In this document: piece by piece, positions 37,899 through 46,708 of the stretch
Position numbering within the stretch: the stretch's first letter is position 1
Layout of the letters: every line of letters begins with the position of its first letter
Made by a program: the position numbers and the translations under genes
Assembly (NCBI GenBank): GCA_018401435.1
Contig: JAGYJW010000023.1
Location: 25,327 to 89,326 of the forward strand
Direction: 5' to 3'
From: Deltaproteobacteria bacterium
Lineage (GTDB): Bacteria; Myxococcota_A; UBA796; UBA2385
Length of the DNA stretch: 64,000 bases
Notes under the pieces: generated by a model
Told to the model about the DNA's origin: nothing
Seen by the model: only the letters and a program-made list of their open reading frames with translations
The model's database searches: none

Positions 37899-39030
37899 GG
37901 ACCGGACCCGCGGGCTTCGGCCCGCGGCCCCACCTGGCGCCCCCCCTGGCCTTGTGCCCGGGGGGGCGTCCTGCGTCGGGCGCCGCGTCGCTGCCAGCCC
38001 TCAGCCGTCGTCGGCGACCGCCGCAAAGCAGGGCCTCGGCCAGGCCCAGGGCTTCGGCCACCGCGATGAAGTCGGCCGGCGGCGGGCTGCGCCGGTCGAT
38101 CCGCTGGCCGCTGACCGGGTGGTCAAAACCCAGGCGGGCGGCGTGCAAGAGCTGGTGATCCACCGGCTCCATCACCCCGCGCAAGAAGGCCGGAATGCGC
38201 CTGCGGCGCTGATCGTAGAGGGGATCGCCCAAGAGCGGCAGGCCCAGGTGGGCCATATGCACCCGCACCTGGTGGGTGCGCCCCGTCTCCAGGCGGCAGC
38301 GCAGCAGGCTGATGCAGCCGCCTTCGCCATCACCCGCGATGCCAAAGCGCGCCTCGGCCAGGCGCTGCCAGTGGGTGACCGCGTGGCGACCGCCTTCGCG
38401 CACGGCGAAGCGCAAGCGGTCGGTCGGGTGGCGGGCGAGGGGCGCATCCACCGTGCCGGCGGGCCCCGGGCTCTCGCCCCAGACCAGCAACAGGTAGCGG
38501 CGGTCGGCGCTGCGGTCGGCGAATTGCTGGGCGAGGTGGGCGTGGGCCTCTGGGGTGCGTGCCACCGCCATCACCCCGCTGGTGCCCTTGTCCAGCCGGT
38601 GCACGATGCCCGGGCGCGTGGGATCCACCGCGTGGCCACCGATGGTCTGGTCCTCGTCCACCTCGGCCAGCAGGTGCAGCAAGGCGTTGACCAGGGTGCC
38701 GCTGGCGTGGCCCTTGGCCGGATGCACCACCAGGCCAGCCGGCTTGTCCACCACCACCACCTGGTCGTCGATGAAGAGCACGGGCACCGGGATGTCTTCG
38801 GGCTGCAGGTCGGTGGTGGGGGCCGCCGGAAGGCCCAGCTCCACCACCTGGCCGGCCACCAGGGTCTGACGGGCGCGGGTGATGACGGCGCCATCCACCG
38901 TGACGCCGCCCTCCTTGATCACGACCTGGAGGCGGCTGCGGGACAGGGGGAGCTGGTCGGCCAGGAAGGCATCCAGCCGCGGGGCGCCGCCCTCGGGCAC
39001 TGCGAGGCGGGCGCGCTCGGTCACCCGCAT
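37789..39030 (-). CDS. rluD: RluA-family 23S rRNA pseudouridine synthase (RluD-like); the last ~80-90 codons look non-coding
   Basis: An S4 domain ('RLDAFLADQLPLSRSRLQVVIKEGGVTVDG') and the catalytic 'HRLDKGTSGVMAVA' are present. After '...FIAVAEALGLAEAL' the frame becomes an Arg/Gly/Pro-rich tail that overlaps the convergent gene. Confidence 0.8.
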   Translation of the reverse strand: MRVTERARLAVPEGGAPRLDAFLADQLPLSRSRLQVVIKEGGVTVDGAVITRARQTLVAGQVVELGLPAAPTTDLQPEDIPVPVLFIDDQVVVVDKPAGLVVHPAKGHASGTLVNALLHLLAEVDEDQTIGGHAVDPTRPGIVHRLDKGTSGVMAVARTPEAHAHLAQQFADRSADRRYLLLVWGESPGPAGTVDAPLARHPTDRLRFAVREGGRHAVTHWQRLAEARFGIAGDGEGGCISLLRCRLETGRTHQVRVHMAHLGLPLLGDPLYDQRRRRIPAFLRGVMEPVDHQLLHAARLGFDHPVSGQRIDRRSPPPADFIAVAEALGLAEALLCGGRRRRLRAGSDAAPDAGRPPGHKARGGARWGRGPKPAGPVLSRTHPGWGRRRCWRRKRGGSRSRPRTRWWPRRPCR

Positions 39031-40182
39031 CAGCCCCGCTGGTTGGTGAAGAGGGCCATATAGCCCTCGACGACGCCGCGATCGCCAAGTTCGAGGACCT
39101 GTGCGACCTGGCGCAGGTAGCCTCGCACAAAGGTGGGAGAGGGCAAGCGGTCAAAGGCGCCCTCTTCCAGGGCTGCGAGGTAGCGACCCGAGATGCGCGT
39201 GGTGCGGGCCAGCTCTTCGAGGCTGAGGCCGCGGTGTTCGCGCACCGCCCGCAGCAGGGCGGCGCCCTTGCCGTGCTGGCGGATGAGGCGATCGATGGGA
39301 TCGGCCGGCTCGGCCACCTGCGGGCCCTGGTCCAGATCGAAGATGCCCCGGTCGTCTGCCCAGGGATCGTCGGAATCGTCGGCCGCCGCCTTGGGAGCCG
39401 CGGCCGGCGAGGCGCCGCCCCCGGGCCAAGGCGGCCAGGCGGCCCAGCAGGCCCAAGCGGGGGGCCGCGGCGCCACCATCCGGTGCGTCGGGGTCGGAGC
39501 GGCCCGCCAGCGGGGGCAGCTGAATGCCGATGCGGGGGTCTGTGGGGGCGGCCTCGACGTCGAAGTCCAGCTCGGGCGCGGGCGGCCGCGGCGGGCCCCC
39601 GACCGGTTCCAGGCCCACCGCGATGCTGGGGGCCGGCATGCGCACGATCTCGATGTCGTCGTGAATCTGGACCGGCGTGACCGTCGCTCGGGCCGGGCTG
39701 TCGGGCGAGGAGACCGAGGCCGCGGCGGGGGCCGCAGGCGGCGTCACCGCGGGGGCGGGCTCAGCGAGATCGACCGTCCAAGCACGCTTCTGGCTATATC
39801 CTGGGGGCGGTTCGGGCAGGGGGTCGCCGACGGGCAGGCGGGTCAAGGAGCGCACCGCCGCCAGGGCGATGCCAGCGACCGGGTCCACCATGCCGCCCCG
39901 GGCTTGTTCCCACAGCTTTTCGGCGTCTTCGGGGAAGTCTGGCCCCCGCATGACCTGCAGATAGGCGTCGTATCGACGGCGGCGAACCGCGTCGGCGAGC
40001 ACCTCCATGGCCTCGCGTACGGCGCGCTCCTGGGCCTCCAGGATGCTCACATCCGCGCCTTGCTGGCGGGCAACCCGCAGCCGGCGCACCAGCTCGGCGA
40101 GGCGCCGCTGGTAGGCCTCGCGGATCTGGTTGGGCGGAGCGTCGCATTCAACGCCCAGCAGCTCGTAGAAGCCTTGTGCCAT
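39030..40182 (-). CDS. J-domain protein with a Pro-rich linker and a C-terminal RodZ-like HTH, read through one apparent frameshift near 39420
   Basis: ORF 39151..40182 starts with a DnaJ J-domain-like sequence ('FYELLGVECDAPPNQIREAYQRRLAEL'). ORF 39030..39479 carries an HTH ('LRAVREHRGLSLEELARTTRISGRYLAALEEGAFDRLPSPTFVRGYL'). The two overlap in different frames around a C5/G5 run. Confidence 0.65.
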
Positions 40183-40191
40183 CGAGCCCGC

Positions 40192-41547
40192 CTATTCTGT
40201 TGCTGCAGAAGTGTCGCACAAGAGGTCGCGCACCACCGCAACCAGGGTCGCGTCTTCGCCGGGAAGCAGGGTGCGGGGGTCCAAGAGGAGCTGGTCGCGG
40301 GCGACCCGGGCGATGACGGGCGGCGCGGCCTGGCGCAGGCGGCGGGCGTCGCCGCTGGGGTCTGCGGAGGGCAAGACCACCACCCAAGCCGGCAGGGCCA
40401 CAGCCGGCAGCGCCCCTCCCCCCGAAAAGGCCTCGTCCGCCCTCACCCGCGACCCGGGCAGCTGGGCCGCCAGGGCCTGGGCCCGGGCCTTCAGCTGGGC
40501 GTCGGTGAGGCGCAGGGCCCGCTGGGCCGGGATGCCCCCGGTGCGGCCGTCCCGGTAGAGGGCCAGGGTGCCCTCCAAGGCCGCCAGGACCAGCTTGTCG
40601 CAGCGCAAGGCCCGGTAGAGGGGGTGCTTTCGCAAGCGGGCCACCCATTCGGCCCGGCCCAGGATGATGCCCGCCTGGGGCCCACCCAGCAGCTTGTCCC
40701 CGGAGAAGCAGACCAGGTCGGCCCCCTCGGCCAGGGCCGCGCCCACCTCCTCGGCCTCCAGGCCCGCGCCCGCCACCGGGGGCGAACCCAGCAGGCCCGA
40801 CCCGAGATCCTCCACCAGCAGCACATTCCGGGCCCGCGCCAGGGCGGCCAGCGCCGAGCGTTCGGGCCGCTCGGTGAAGCCCTGCATGCGGAAATTGGAG
40901 GGGTGCACCCGCAGCAGCACCGCCGCGTCTGCATCCACCGCCGCCTCGAAATCGGCGACCCGGGTGCGGTTGGTGGTGCCCACCTCGACCAGGCGGGCGC
41001 CGCCGGCGCTCACCACGTCGGGAATGCGGAAGGAGCCCCCAATCTCGACCAGCTCACCCCGGCTGGTCAACACCCCGCGACCCGCGGCCAACGCGCTCAG
41101 GCAGAGCAGGACCGCCGCCGCGTTGTTGTTGACCACCAGCGCGTCTTCAGCGCCGGTCAGGCGACAGAGCAGGCCGCGCACCCCGGCCAGGCGGCCGCCA
41201 CGCTTGCCGCTGCCCAAGTCCATCTCGACATTGCAGTAGCCGCCCGCCACATCGACGAGGTGGGCCACGGCTTCGGGGGCCAGCGGCGCCCGGCCGAGGT
41301 TGGTGTGCAAGACGATGCCGGTGGCGTTGATGACCCGCCGCAGCTGGGGCCGTCGGGCGGCCAGCACCCGGTCAAGGACCTCGGCGGCCAGATCCATGGG
41401 CGGTGCGGCCCCCGCTCGCAGCCGCGCCCGGGCGGCATCGAGGGCGGCGCGCGCCTCTTGAACCACCAGCTCGTGGGGCTGGTCGGCGAGGCGGGGGTCT
41501 TGCAGCAGGGTGGTGACCGCGGGCAGGGCGCGGAGGGGGTTGGCCAT
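40192..41547 (-). CDS. selA: L-seryl-tRNA(Sec) selenium transferase
   Basis: Supporting motifs are 'VINATGIVLHTNLGRAPL', 'VVNNNAAAVLL', 'RGELVEIGGSFRIPDV' and 'FSGDKLLGGPQAGIILG' (PLP Lys). The ATG is at 41547. Confidence 0.9.
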   Translation of the reverse strand: MANPLRALPAVTTLLQDPRLADQPHELVVQEARAALDAARARLRAGAAPPMDLAAEVLDRVLAARRPQLRRVINATGIVLHTNLGRAPLAPEAVAHLVDVAGGYCNVEMDLGSGKRGGRLAGVRGLLCRLTGAEDALVVNNNAAAVLLCLSALAAGRGVLTSRGELVEIGGSFRIPDVVSAGGARLVEVGTTNRTRVADFEAAVDADAAVLLRVHPSNFRMQGFTERPERSALAALARARNVLLVEDLGSGLLGSPPVAGAGLEAEEVGAALAEGADLVCFSGDKLLGGPQAGIILGRAEWVARLRKHPLYRALRCDKLVLAALEGTLALYRDGRTGGIPAQRALRLTDAQLKARAQALAAQLPGSRVRADEAFSGGGALPAVALPAWVVVLPSADPSGDARRLRQAAPPVIARVARDQLLLDPRTLLPGEDATLVAVVRDLLCDTSAATE

Positions 41548-41606
41548 GGGCCCCCTCCTAGCCCCGAGCAGGGCCGGGCGCCGCCGGATAGGCCCCAAGA
41601 CAGCCC

Positions 41607-43793
41607 ATGAACGCCCTCATCTACCTTGCCACGGCCGTGCTCTGCGGCATCTACGCGGTCCGCACGCTGGCCCGCGACACCCGGGACCTCACCCGGCGGG
41701 CCTATGCCGTGGTCGCGGGCATCGCCTGCCTGGCCTTTGGGGGCTTCGGCCTCTACCTGGTCACCGGGCAGCCGGTCTTCCGCTACATCCACGCCGGCGC
41801 GGGCAGCTTCCTGCCGCCGGCCATCCTGTGGTTCCTGGACCGCCTGCTGCGGGGCGGGCTGGGCGGCCGCCCGGTCAGGGTCAGCCCCTGGGTGGCCCGG
41901 GCCTGGATGGGGACCGGCGTGGCGGTCGCCCTCTTCATCGGGCTGGACCTCGCGGTCTTCGGGGTGAGCACCTATGGCAGCCCGGCCGAGCTGCTGCTGG
42001 CCCTGCTGGTGCAGACCGGCTTCGGGCTGTGCATCCTGCGCCTGTGGCTGGGCCACGAAGCGGCCGAACAGCGCTACGAGAAGGTGCGCCTGCGCTACCT
42101 GATCGGCCTGTTGGCCGCCGCCACGGCCTTTACCTCCCTCGAACAGCTGCTGCGCTGGTTGGGTCGGGCCGAGATCGCCGCCGGCGCGGTGGACCTGGGG
42201 CCGCTGGCCCGTTCGGTGCTGCTGCAAGGCGCCTTTCCGCCCATCGGCGTGGTGCTGGCCACCCTCTTCCTCTACTTCCTGCACCAGGTCGTTCAACTCT
42301 CGCGCCTGCTGGACCTGCACGAGATCTTCGCCCGCCTGTTCACCCTGGCGGTGGCCTCGCTGGTGCTGGTGGGCATCGAGTCGGTGACCGTCTTCCAGGC
42401 CGACGCCCTCTCCCTCTACCCGGCCCATGGCGCCTTCCAGGTCTTCCTGGCCTCGGCCCTGTTCTTGTCGGTCTATGACCCCCTGCGCCGCCGCATCGAG
42501 GCCCTGGCCGGGGAGTGGTTCAACCGGGCGGGCCGCCGCTTGGAGCTGACCCTGCAGGATGTGGACCGCAACCTGGGGCGGGCGATGAGCCTGGATGGCC
42601 TTGGGGATGAGCTGCTGGAGCGTCTTTTCGCGTCGGGACGGGTGCCGCTGGTCAGCCTCTACCTGTGGGACCACGACCGAGGCGCCTTCCGCCTGGCGCT
42701 GCGCCGCGGCATCGTCGAGCAGCCCTTGATGGAGACCATCGCGGGGAACCCCTACACCGACGGCTTTCAGCAGGGGCAGCCCGCCTATGTGCGCGCCATG
42801 CTGGAGCGCACCGTGCGCCGCAAAGAGGCGGGCCACGAAGAGGCCGCCGCCCGCTTGCGCACCCTGGACGCCATGGACGCCGACCTGTCGCTTTGTGTGC
42901 GGTCGGGGGACCTGGTGGTGGGCTGGCTCAACCTCAAGGCCGAACACTGGATGGACGGCTTCAGCCGCGAAGAGGTCCGGCGTCTGGGCGAGACTGTCGA
43001 TCGCGCCGCCGTTCTCATCGAGAACATCTATAGCTTCGAGCGCCTGAAGGAGCAGCACCGGCTGGCCGCGCTGGGCACCATGGCCGCAGGCCTGGCCCAC
43101 GAGATCCGCAACCCCCTGGCCGGCATCAAAGGCGCCGCCCAATACCTGCAAGAGGTGGCGGAGGAGGCCGATCCCGAGGAGGTCCAGGACTTTGCCGGCG
43201 TCATCACCCGCGAGGTGGACCGCCTGGGTTCGGTGGTCACCCAGTTCCTCGACTATGCGCGCCCACTGTCCATTCGCGACGATGAGATGGACCCGGCCGA
43301 CCTGGCCAGACGCACGGTGGACCTCGTCACCCGCCAGGAGCTGCCCGAAGGGCTGGCGCTGGAGCTTCGCGCCCTCGACGGCCTGCCGCCCTTGCGCGCC
43401 GATGCCGACAAGATCCACCAGGTGCTGCTCAACCTCATCCAGAACGCCATCCAGGCGCTGGACGGGCCCGGTCGCATCTGCGTCGAGATCGCACCAGCGG
43501 GCATGACCCGCTCCGGGGCTGGCGGCGGGGGTCGCAAGGCGGTCGAGATCCGCGTGATTGACGATGGGCCGGGCATCCCGCCCGAGGTGCAGAGCAAGCT
43601 CTTCATCCCCTTCTTCACCACCCGCATCTCGGGCACCGGCCTGGGGCTGGCCATCAGCCGGCGCATCGTCGAGGCCCATGGCGGCGAGCTGGTGGTGCGG
43701 TCCAAGGCGGGCCAGGGCAGCACCTTCACCATCCGGCTGCCCGCGGAGCAAGACCCCCCCGCCGCCCTGGTCAAGGGCTCATCGGCGGCCTGA
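41607..43793 (+). CDS. Multi-TM sensor histidine kinase with a GAF-like domain
   Basis: About 7 N-terminal TM helices are followed by a GAF-like middle segment. The H-box is 'HEIRNPLAGIKG' and the HATPase motif is 'GTGLGLAISRRIVEAHGG'. Confidence 0.88.
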   Translation: MNALIYLATAVLCGIYAVRTLARDTRDLTRRAYAVVAGIACLAFGGFGLYLVTGQPVFRYIHAGAGSFLPPAILWFLDRLLRGGLGGRPVRVSPWVARAWMGTGVAVALFIGLDLAVFGVSTYGSPAELLLALLVQTGFGLCILRLWLGHEAAEQRYEKVRLRYLIGLLAAATAFTSLEQLLRWLGRAEIAAGAVDLGPLARSVLLQGAFPPIGVVLATLFLYFLHQVVQLSRLLDLHEIFARLFTLAVASLVLVGIESVTVFQADALSLYPAHGAFQVFLASALFLSVYDPLRRRIEALAGEWFNRAGRRLELTLQDVDRNLGRAMSLDGLGDELLERLFASGRVPLVSLYLWDHDRGAFRLALRRGIVEQPLMETIAGNPYTDGFQQGQPAYVRAMLERTVRRKEAGHEEAAARLRTLDAMDADLSLCVRSGDLVVGWLNLKAEHWMDGFSREEVRRLGETVDRAAVLIENIYSFERLKEQHRLAALGTMAAGLAHEIRNPLAGIKGAAQYLQEVAEEADPEEVQDFAGVITREVDRLGSVVTQFLDYARPLSIRDDEMDPADLARRTVDLVTRQELPEGLALELRALDGLPPLRADADKIHQVLLNLIQNAIQALDGPGRICVEIAPAGMTRSGAGGGGRKAVEIRVIDDGPGIPPEVQSKLFIPFFTTRISGTGLGLAISRRIVEAHGGELVVRSKAGQGSTFTIRLPAEQDPPAALVKGSSAA

Positions 43794-44423
43794 GCGCCGG
43801 GGCACGCCACGCAGCAAGGCCCCCGCGCCCACCTCCAGGGACCAGGCCCAGCGCTGCGGCAAGGGGGAGAGCGCGCGGGCGAGGGCGGTGAAGCTGCGCT
43901 CCACCCGCGCCTCCGCGGCCAGGGCCCGCGCATCGGGCAAGCCCTGGCGAATCCAGTCGGCCTCGGTGGGCGCGGCCTGGCCCAGCAGGGCCTCGGGCGC
44001 CAGCACGGTGCAAGACAAGGACGTCAAGGCGTCGAAATAGCGGGCGGCGCGGGGCTGGTGGTAGGCCGCGGTGAGCACCAGCAGGCGCTGCCACCCCTGC
44101 CGCCGGGCGAGTGCGGCCGCCTCCAAGGCCTCCTCGCGGGTGCTGCGGGTGATCTGCGCGGAGAGCAGCTGGCCATCCTCCACGCCCAGCTCTGCCAGCA
44201 GCCGCGCCACCAGCGCGCTCCCGGCATCCAGCTGCCCCCGCAGCGGCGCCTCCAGGCTGACGGCTACAGGCACACCCAGGCGCAACAAGGCCGCCGCTGC
44301 CGCCGACCGGGCCTTCAGCTCGGCCAGGCCCCGGCAGGGATCACGCCGCAGCTCCTTGCCCAGGATAAGGACGGCGTCGGCATTCTCGAGCAGATTCAGC
44401 GAGAAGCTGTGGGCGAGGGGCAT
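43779..44423 (-). CDS. YdcF/ElyC (DUF218) family protein
   Basis: Supporting motifs are 'ADAVLILGKEL', 'STREEALEAAALAR' and 'LLVLTAAYHQPRAARYF'. Confidence 0.75.
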   Translation of the reverse strand: MPLAHSFSLNLLENADAVLILGKELRRDPCRGLAELKARSAAAAALLRLGVPVAVSLEAPLRGQLDAGSALVARLLAELGVEDGQLLSAQITRSTREEALEAAALARRQGWQRLLVLTAAYHQPRAARYFDALTSLSCTVLAPEALLGQAAPTEADWIRQGLPDARALAAEARVERSFTALARALSPLPQRWAWSLEVGAGALLRGVPRRSGRR

Positions 44424-44441
44424 GGCCGACAGCGGGCTGGC

Positions 44442-44825
44442 TCAGGCCGGGTCCGAAGGAAAGTCCACCACGGCCTCGTCGTATTGAAGCAGGAGACGGC
44501 GGGCCTTGGCCTCGCTATCTTCGGCCACCAGCAGCACGCCATAGCCGTTCTGGGCCGACAGGGCGTCGCTGAACATGCCGCCGCCGTGCACCACATAGGG
44601 GACGCCTTCGTCGTCGAAGATGGCCGAGATCAGGGCGCGGTCCACGGGCCCATCAAAGATCCGCACCGGCAAGAAGTCTTCGTGGCCCAGATCGTCGCGC
44701 AGGCGCTTCCAGCCCGCCAGCTCGGCGTCGTCCAAGGTGCGACTGCCGCAGTCCGGACAGCGGAGAACGGGCGCTTCGCCCTCGTTCTGGTTGTATTCAG
44801 CATGGCAGGAGACGCAGGTCTGCAT
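44442..44825 (-). CDS. Small zinc-ribbon + DUF2007-like protein (hypothetical)
   Basis: The sequence 'MQTCVSCHAEY...LRCPDCGS' (CxxC...CxxC) is followed by a beta-alpha-beta segment resembling DUF2007. The ATG is at 44825. Confidence 0.55.
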   Translation of the reverse strand: MQTCVSCHAEYNQNEGEAPVLRCPDCGSRTLDDAELAGWKRLRDDLGHEDFLPVRIFDGPVDRALISAIFDDEGVPYVVHGGGMFSDALSAQNGYGVLLVAEDSEAKARRLLLQYDEAVVDFPSDPA

Positions 44826-44887
44826 GGGGGCTCCACAAGGGCGATCGGGCGGCCTCATGATCCTAGCCCGCTGATCCGTAGCCTGGG

Positions 44888-45505
44888 GTGATGCTCACCT
44901 TCAGCCTGATCTTCGCCATGCTCACGGCAGCCCACGCCGACCCCATCTGGGGTGCGGAGGCCTTGCGGGTGCTGCCCGACGCCTTCGCGGTGGAGCTGGC
45001 GCTGGAGCGCACCGGGCTGGCCCGCCGCGAGACCAGCGCCCTCTACGGTGCCGTCGCGGATGGCAGCCGGGTGGACGGCAGCCGGGCGCGCATCTCGGCC
45101 ATCGGCTGGTTGCGGCTGGACGGGGTCGAGGTGGTGAGCCCGCTGGAGACCAAGGCCCTGGACGAGCGGCGCCAGTGCGCCAAGGTCCGCGGCCACGACC
45201 CGGTGCCGGGTGGCCGGCAGATCGTGGACTTTCATGGGCGGCCCGAGGCCGCGGAAGGTCCGCCCCTGGAGGGCCCGCCCACCCTGGTGCTGGGCAGCAA
45301 TGCCGACGGCGAGTATGCGCTGGTGCAGCTTCTTCCCGGCGATGTCCTGCGGGTGACCGACGCCACCCGCCCCGGCCAGGAGCCCTGGGAGCACATCGAG
45401 CTCACCCGGGACAGCCAGCGCCTGACCCTGGTGCGCCGGGGCCGCGGCGCCCAGGTCTGCTACGAGCCCGACACCGAGATGCGCGCGGGCTGGCTGCCGG
45501 ATTGA
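44888..45505 (+). CDS. Secreted hypothetical protein
   Basis: The signal peptide is 'MLTFSLIFAMLTAAHA'. I recognise no family. The codon usage looks coding, while the antisense 567-aa ORF is junk-like. Confidence 0.55.
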   Translation: MMLTFSLIFAMLTAAHADPIWGAEALRVLPDAFAVELALERTGLARRETSALYGAVADGSRVDGSRARISAIGWLRLDGVEVVSPLETKALDERRQCAKVRGHDPVPGGRQIVDFHGRPEAAEGPPLEGPPTLVLGSNADGEYALVQLLPGDVLRVTDATRPGQEPWEHIELTRDSQRLTLVRRGRGAQVCYEPDTEMRAGWLPD

Positions 45506-45535
45506 CCGCCCCCCAGCCGTGGGTGAGGAGGGGCC

Positions 45536-46708
45536 ATGAAGCGGCACCTCGACACCCGACTCGTACACGGACCGGCCGATGGCCACAGCGAGCCCAGCGG
45601 CGCGGTGGTGGGCCCGGTCCACCTCAGCAGCAGCTGGCGCATGGGCTCGGATCCCGACCGCCCCCTGCGCTACCAGCGCTTGGGCAACGCGCCGGACCAG
45701 CTGGATCTCGAGGCCCGCATCGCCGACCTCTGCGGGGGGGAGCGCGCCCTGCTCTTTGCCAGCGGCATGGCGGCCATCAGCAGCACCCTGCTCGCGATAT
45801 TGCAGGCGGGCGACGCGCTGCTGGTCTCGCGCACCCTCTATGGCGGCACCCAGGCCCTGCTGGACCGGGATCTCGCCCGCTTCGGCGTGCGCCATCAGGC
45901 GGTGGACGCCACCCGCCCCGAGCAGTGGGCGGCGGCCTTGACCCCGAATTGCAGGGTCTTCTATGTGGAGGCCCTCAGCAACCCCCTGCTGGAGGTGCCC
46001 GAGCTGGAGGCGGTCGTCGCCTTCTGCCGCGCCCATGGCCTGCGGTCGGTCATCGACGCCACCTTTGCCACCCCCCTGGGGCTGCGTCCGCTGGACCTGG
46101 GCTTCGATGTGGAGCTGCACAGCGCGACCAAGGCCATGGCGGGCCACTCCGACTTGATCGCGGGGGTCGCTATCGGCCAGGATGAAGTGCTGGCGCCCAT
46201 TTCCAGCGAGCGCGACCGCCTGGGTGGCCACCTCGACCCCCTCTCGGCCTTCTTGTTGGGCCGGGGGCTGAAGACCCTGAGCCTGCGCTTTGGGCGACAG
46301 AGCGCCAACGCCCTGGCCCTGGCCCGGGCGTTGGAGGGTCATCCCGCCCTGGTGGAGGTCTGCCACCCCGGCCTGCCCCGCCACCCCAGCCACCTGCGGG
46401 CCCAGCGCCTGATCCCCCAGAGCGGCGGCATGCTGGCCCTGCGCTGCCACAGCGGGGCGCAGGCCGAGGCCGCATTGGCCGCCTTGCGCATCGCCCTGTC
46501 CGCCCCCAGCCTGGGCGGCGTCGAGACCCTGGTGAGCCGGCCGGTCGCCACCTCTCACGCCGGGCTGGACGAGGCCGCGCAGCGGGCCCTCGGCCTGGAC
46601 CCGGGCCTGCTGCGGGTGAGCTGCGGCATCGAAGACGCCGACGACCTGATCGCGGACTTCCGACAGGCCCTGGACGCGGCCTCAGCCCTCGACGGCCTGC
46701 ACGCTTAG
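45536..46708 (+). CDS. Cys/Met-metabolism PLP-dependent enzyme (cystathionine gamma-synthase/beta-lyase/gamma-lyase family)
   Basis: A GAGGAGGGG Shine-Dalgarno is present. Supporting motifs are 'TRLVHG', 'LYGGT' and 'HSATKAMAGHSDLIAG' (PLP Lys). Confidence 0.88.
   Translation: MKRHLDTRLVHGPADGHSEPSGAVVGPVHLSSSWRMGSDPDRPLRYQRLGNAPDQLDLEARIADLCGGERALLFASGMAAISSTLLAILQAGDALLVSRTLYGGTQALLDRDLARFGVRHQAVDATRPEQWAAALTPNCRVFYVEALSNPLLEVPELEAVVAFCRAHGLRSVIDATFATPLGLRPLDLGFDVELHSATKAMAGHSDLIAGVAIGQDEVLAPISSERDRLGGHLDPLSAFLLGRGLKTLSLRFGRQSANALALARALEGHPALVEVCHPGLPRHPSHLRAQRLIPQSGGMLALRCHSGAQAEAALAALRIALSAPSLGGVETLVSRPVATSHAGLDEAAQRALGLDPGLLRVSCGIEDADDLIADFRQALDAASALDGLHA

Noticed and set aside
44424-44444. 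The TGA stop of the zinc-ribbon ORF is in the same frame as the downstream DUF218 gene, 6 codons away. This raised the possibility of selenocysteine read-through, given that selA is nearby.
   Set aside because: The UGA would lie in a linker between unrelated domains, not in a redox motif. No SECIS-like hairpin is evident in the following ~40 nt. A same-frame arrangement is expected by chance one time in three.
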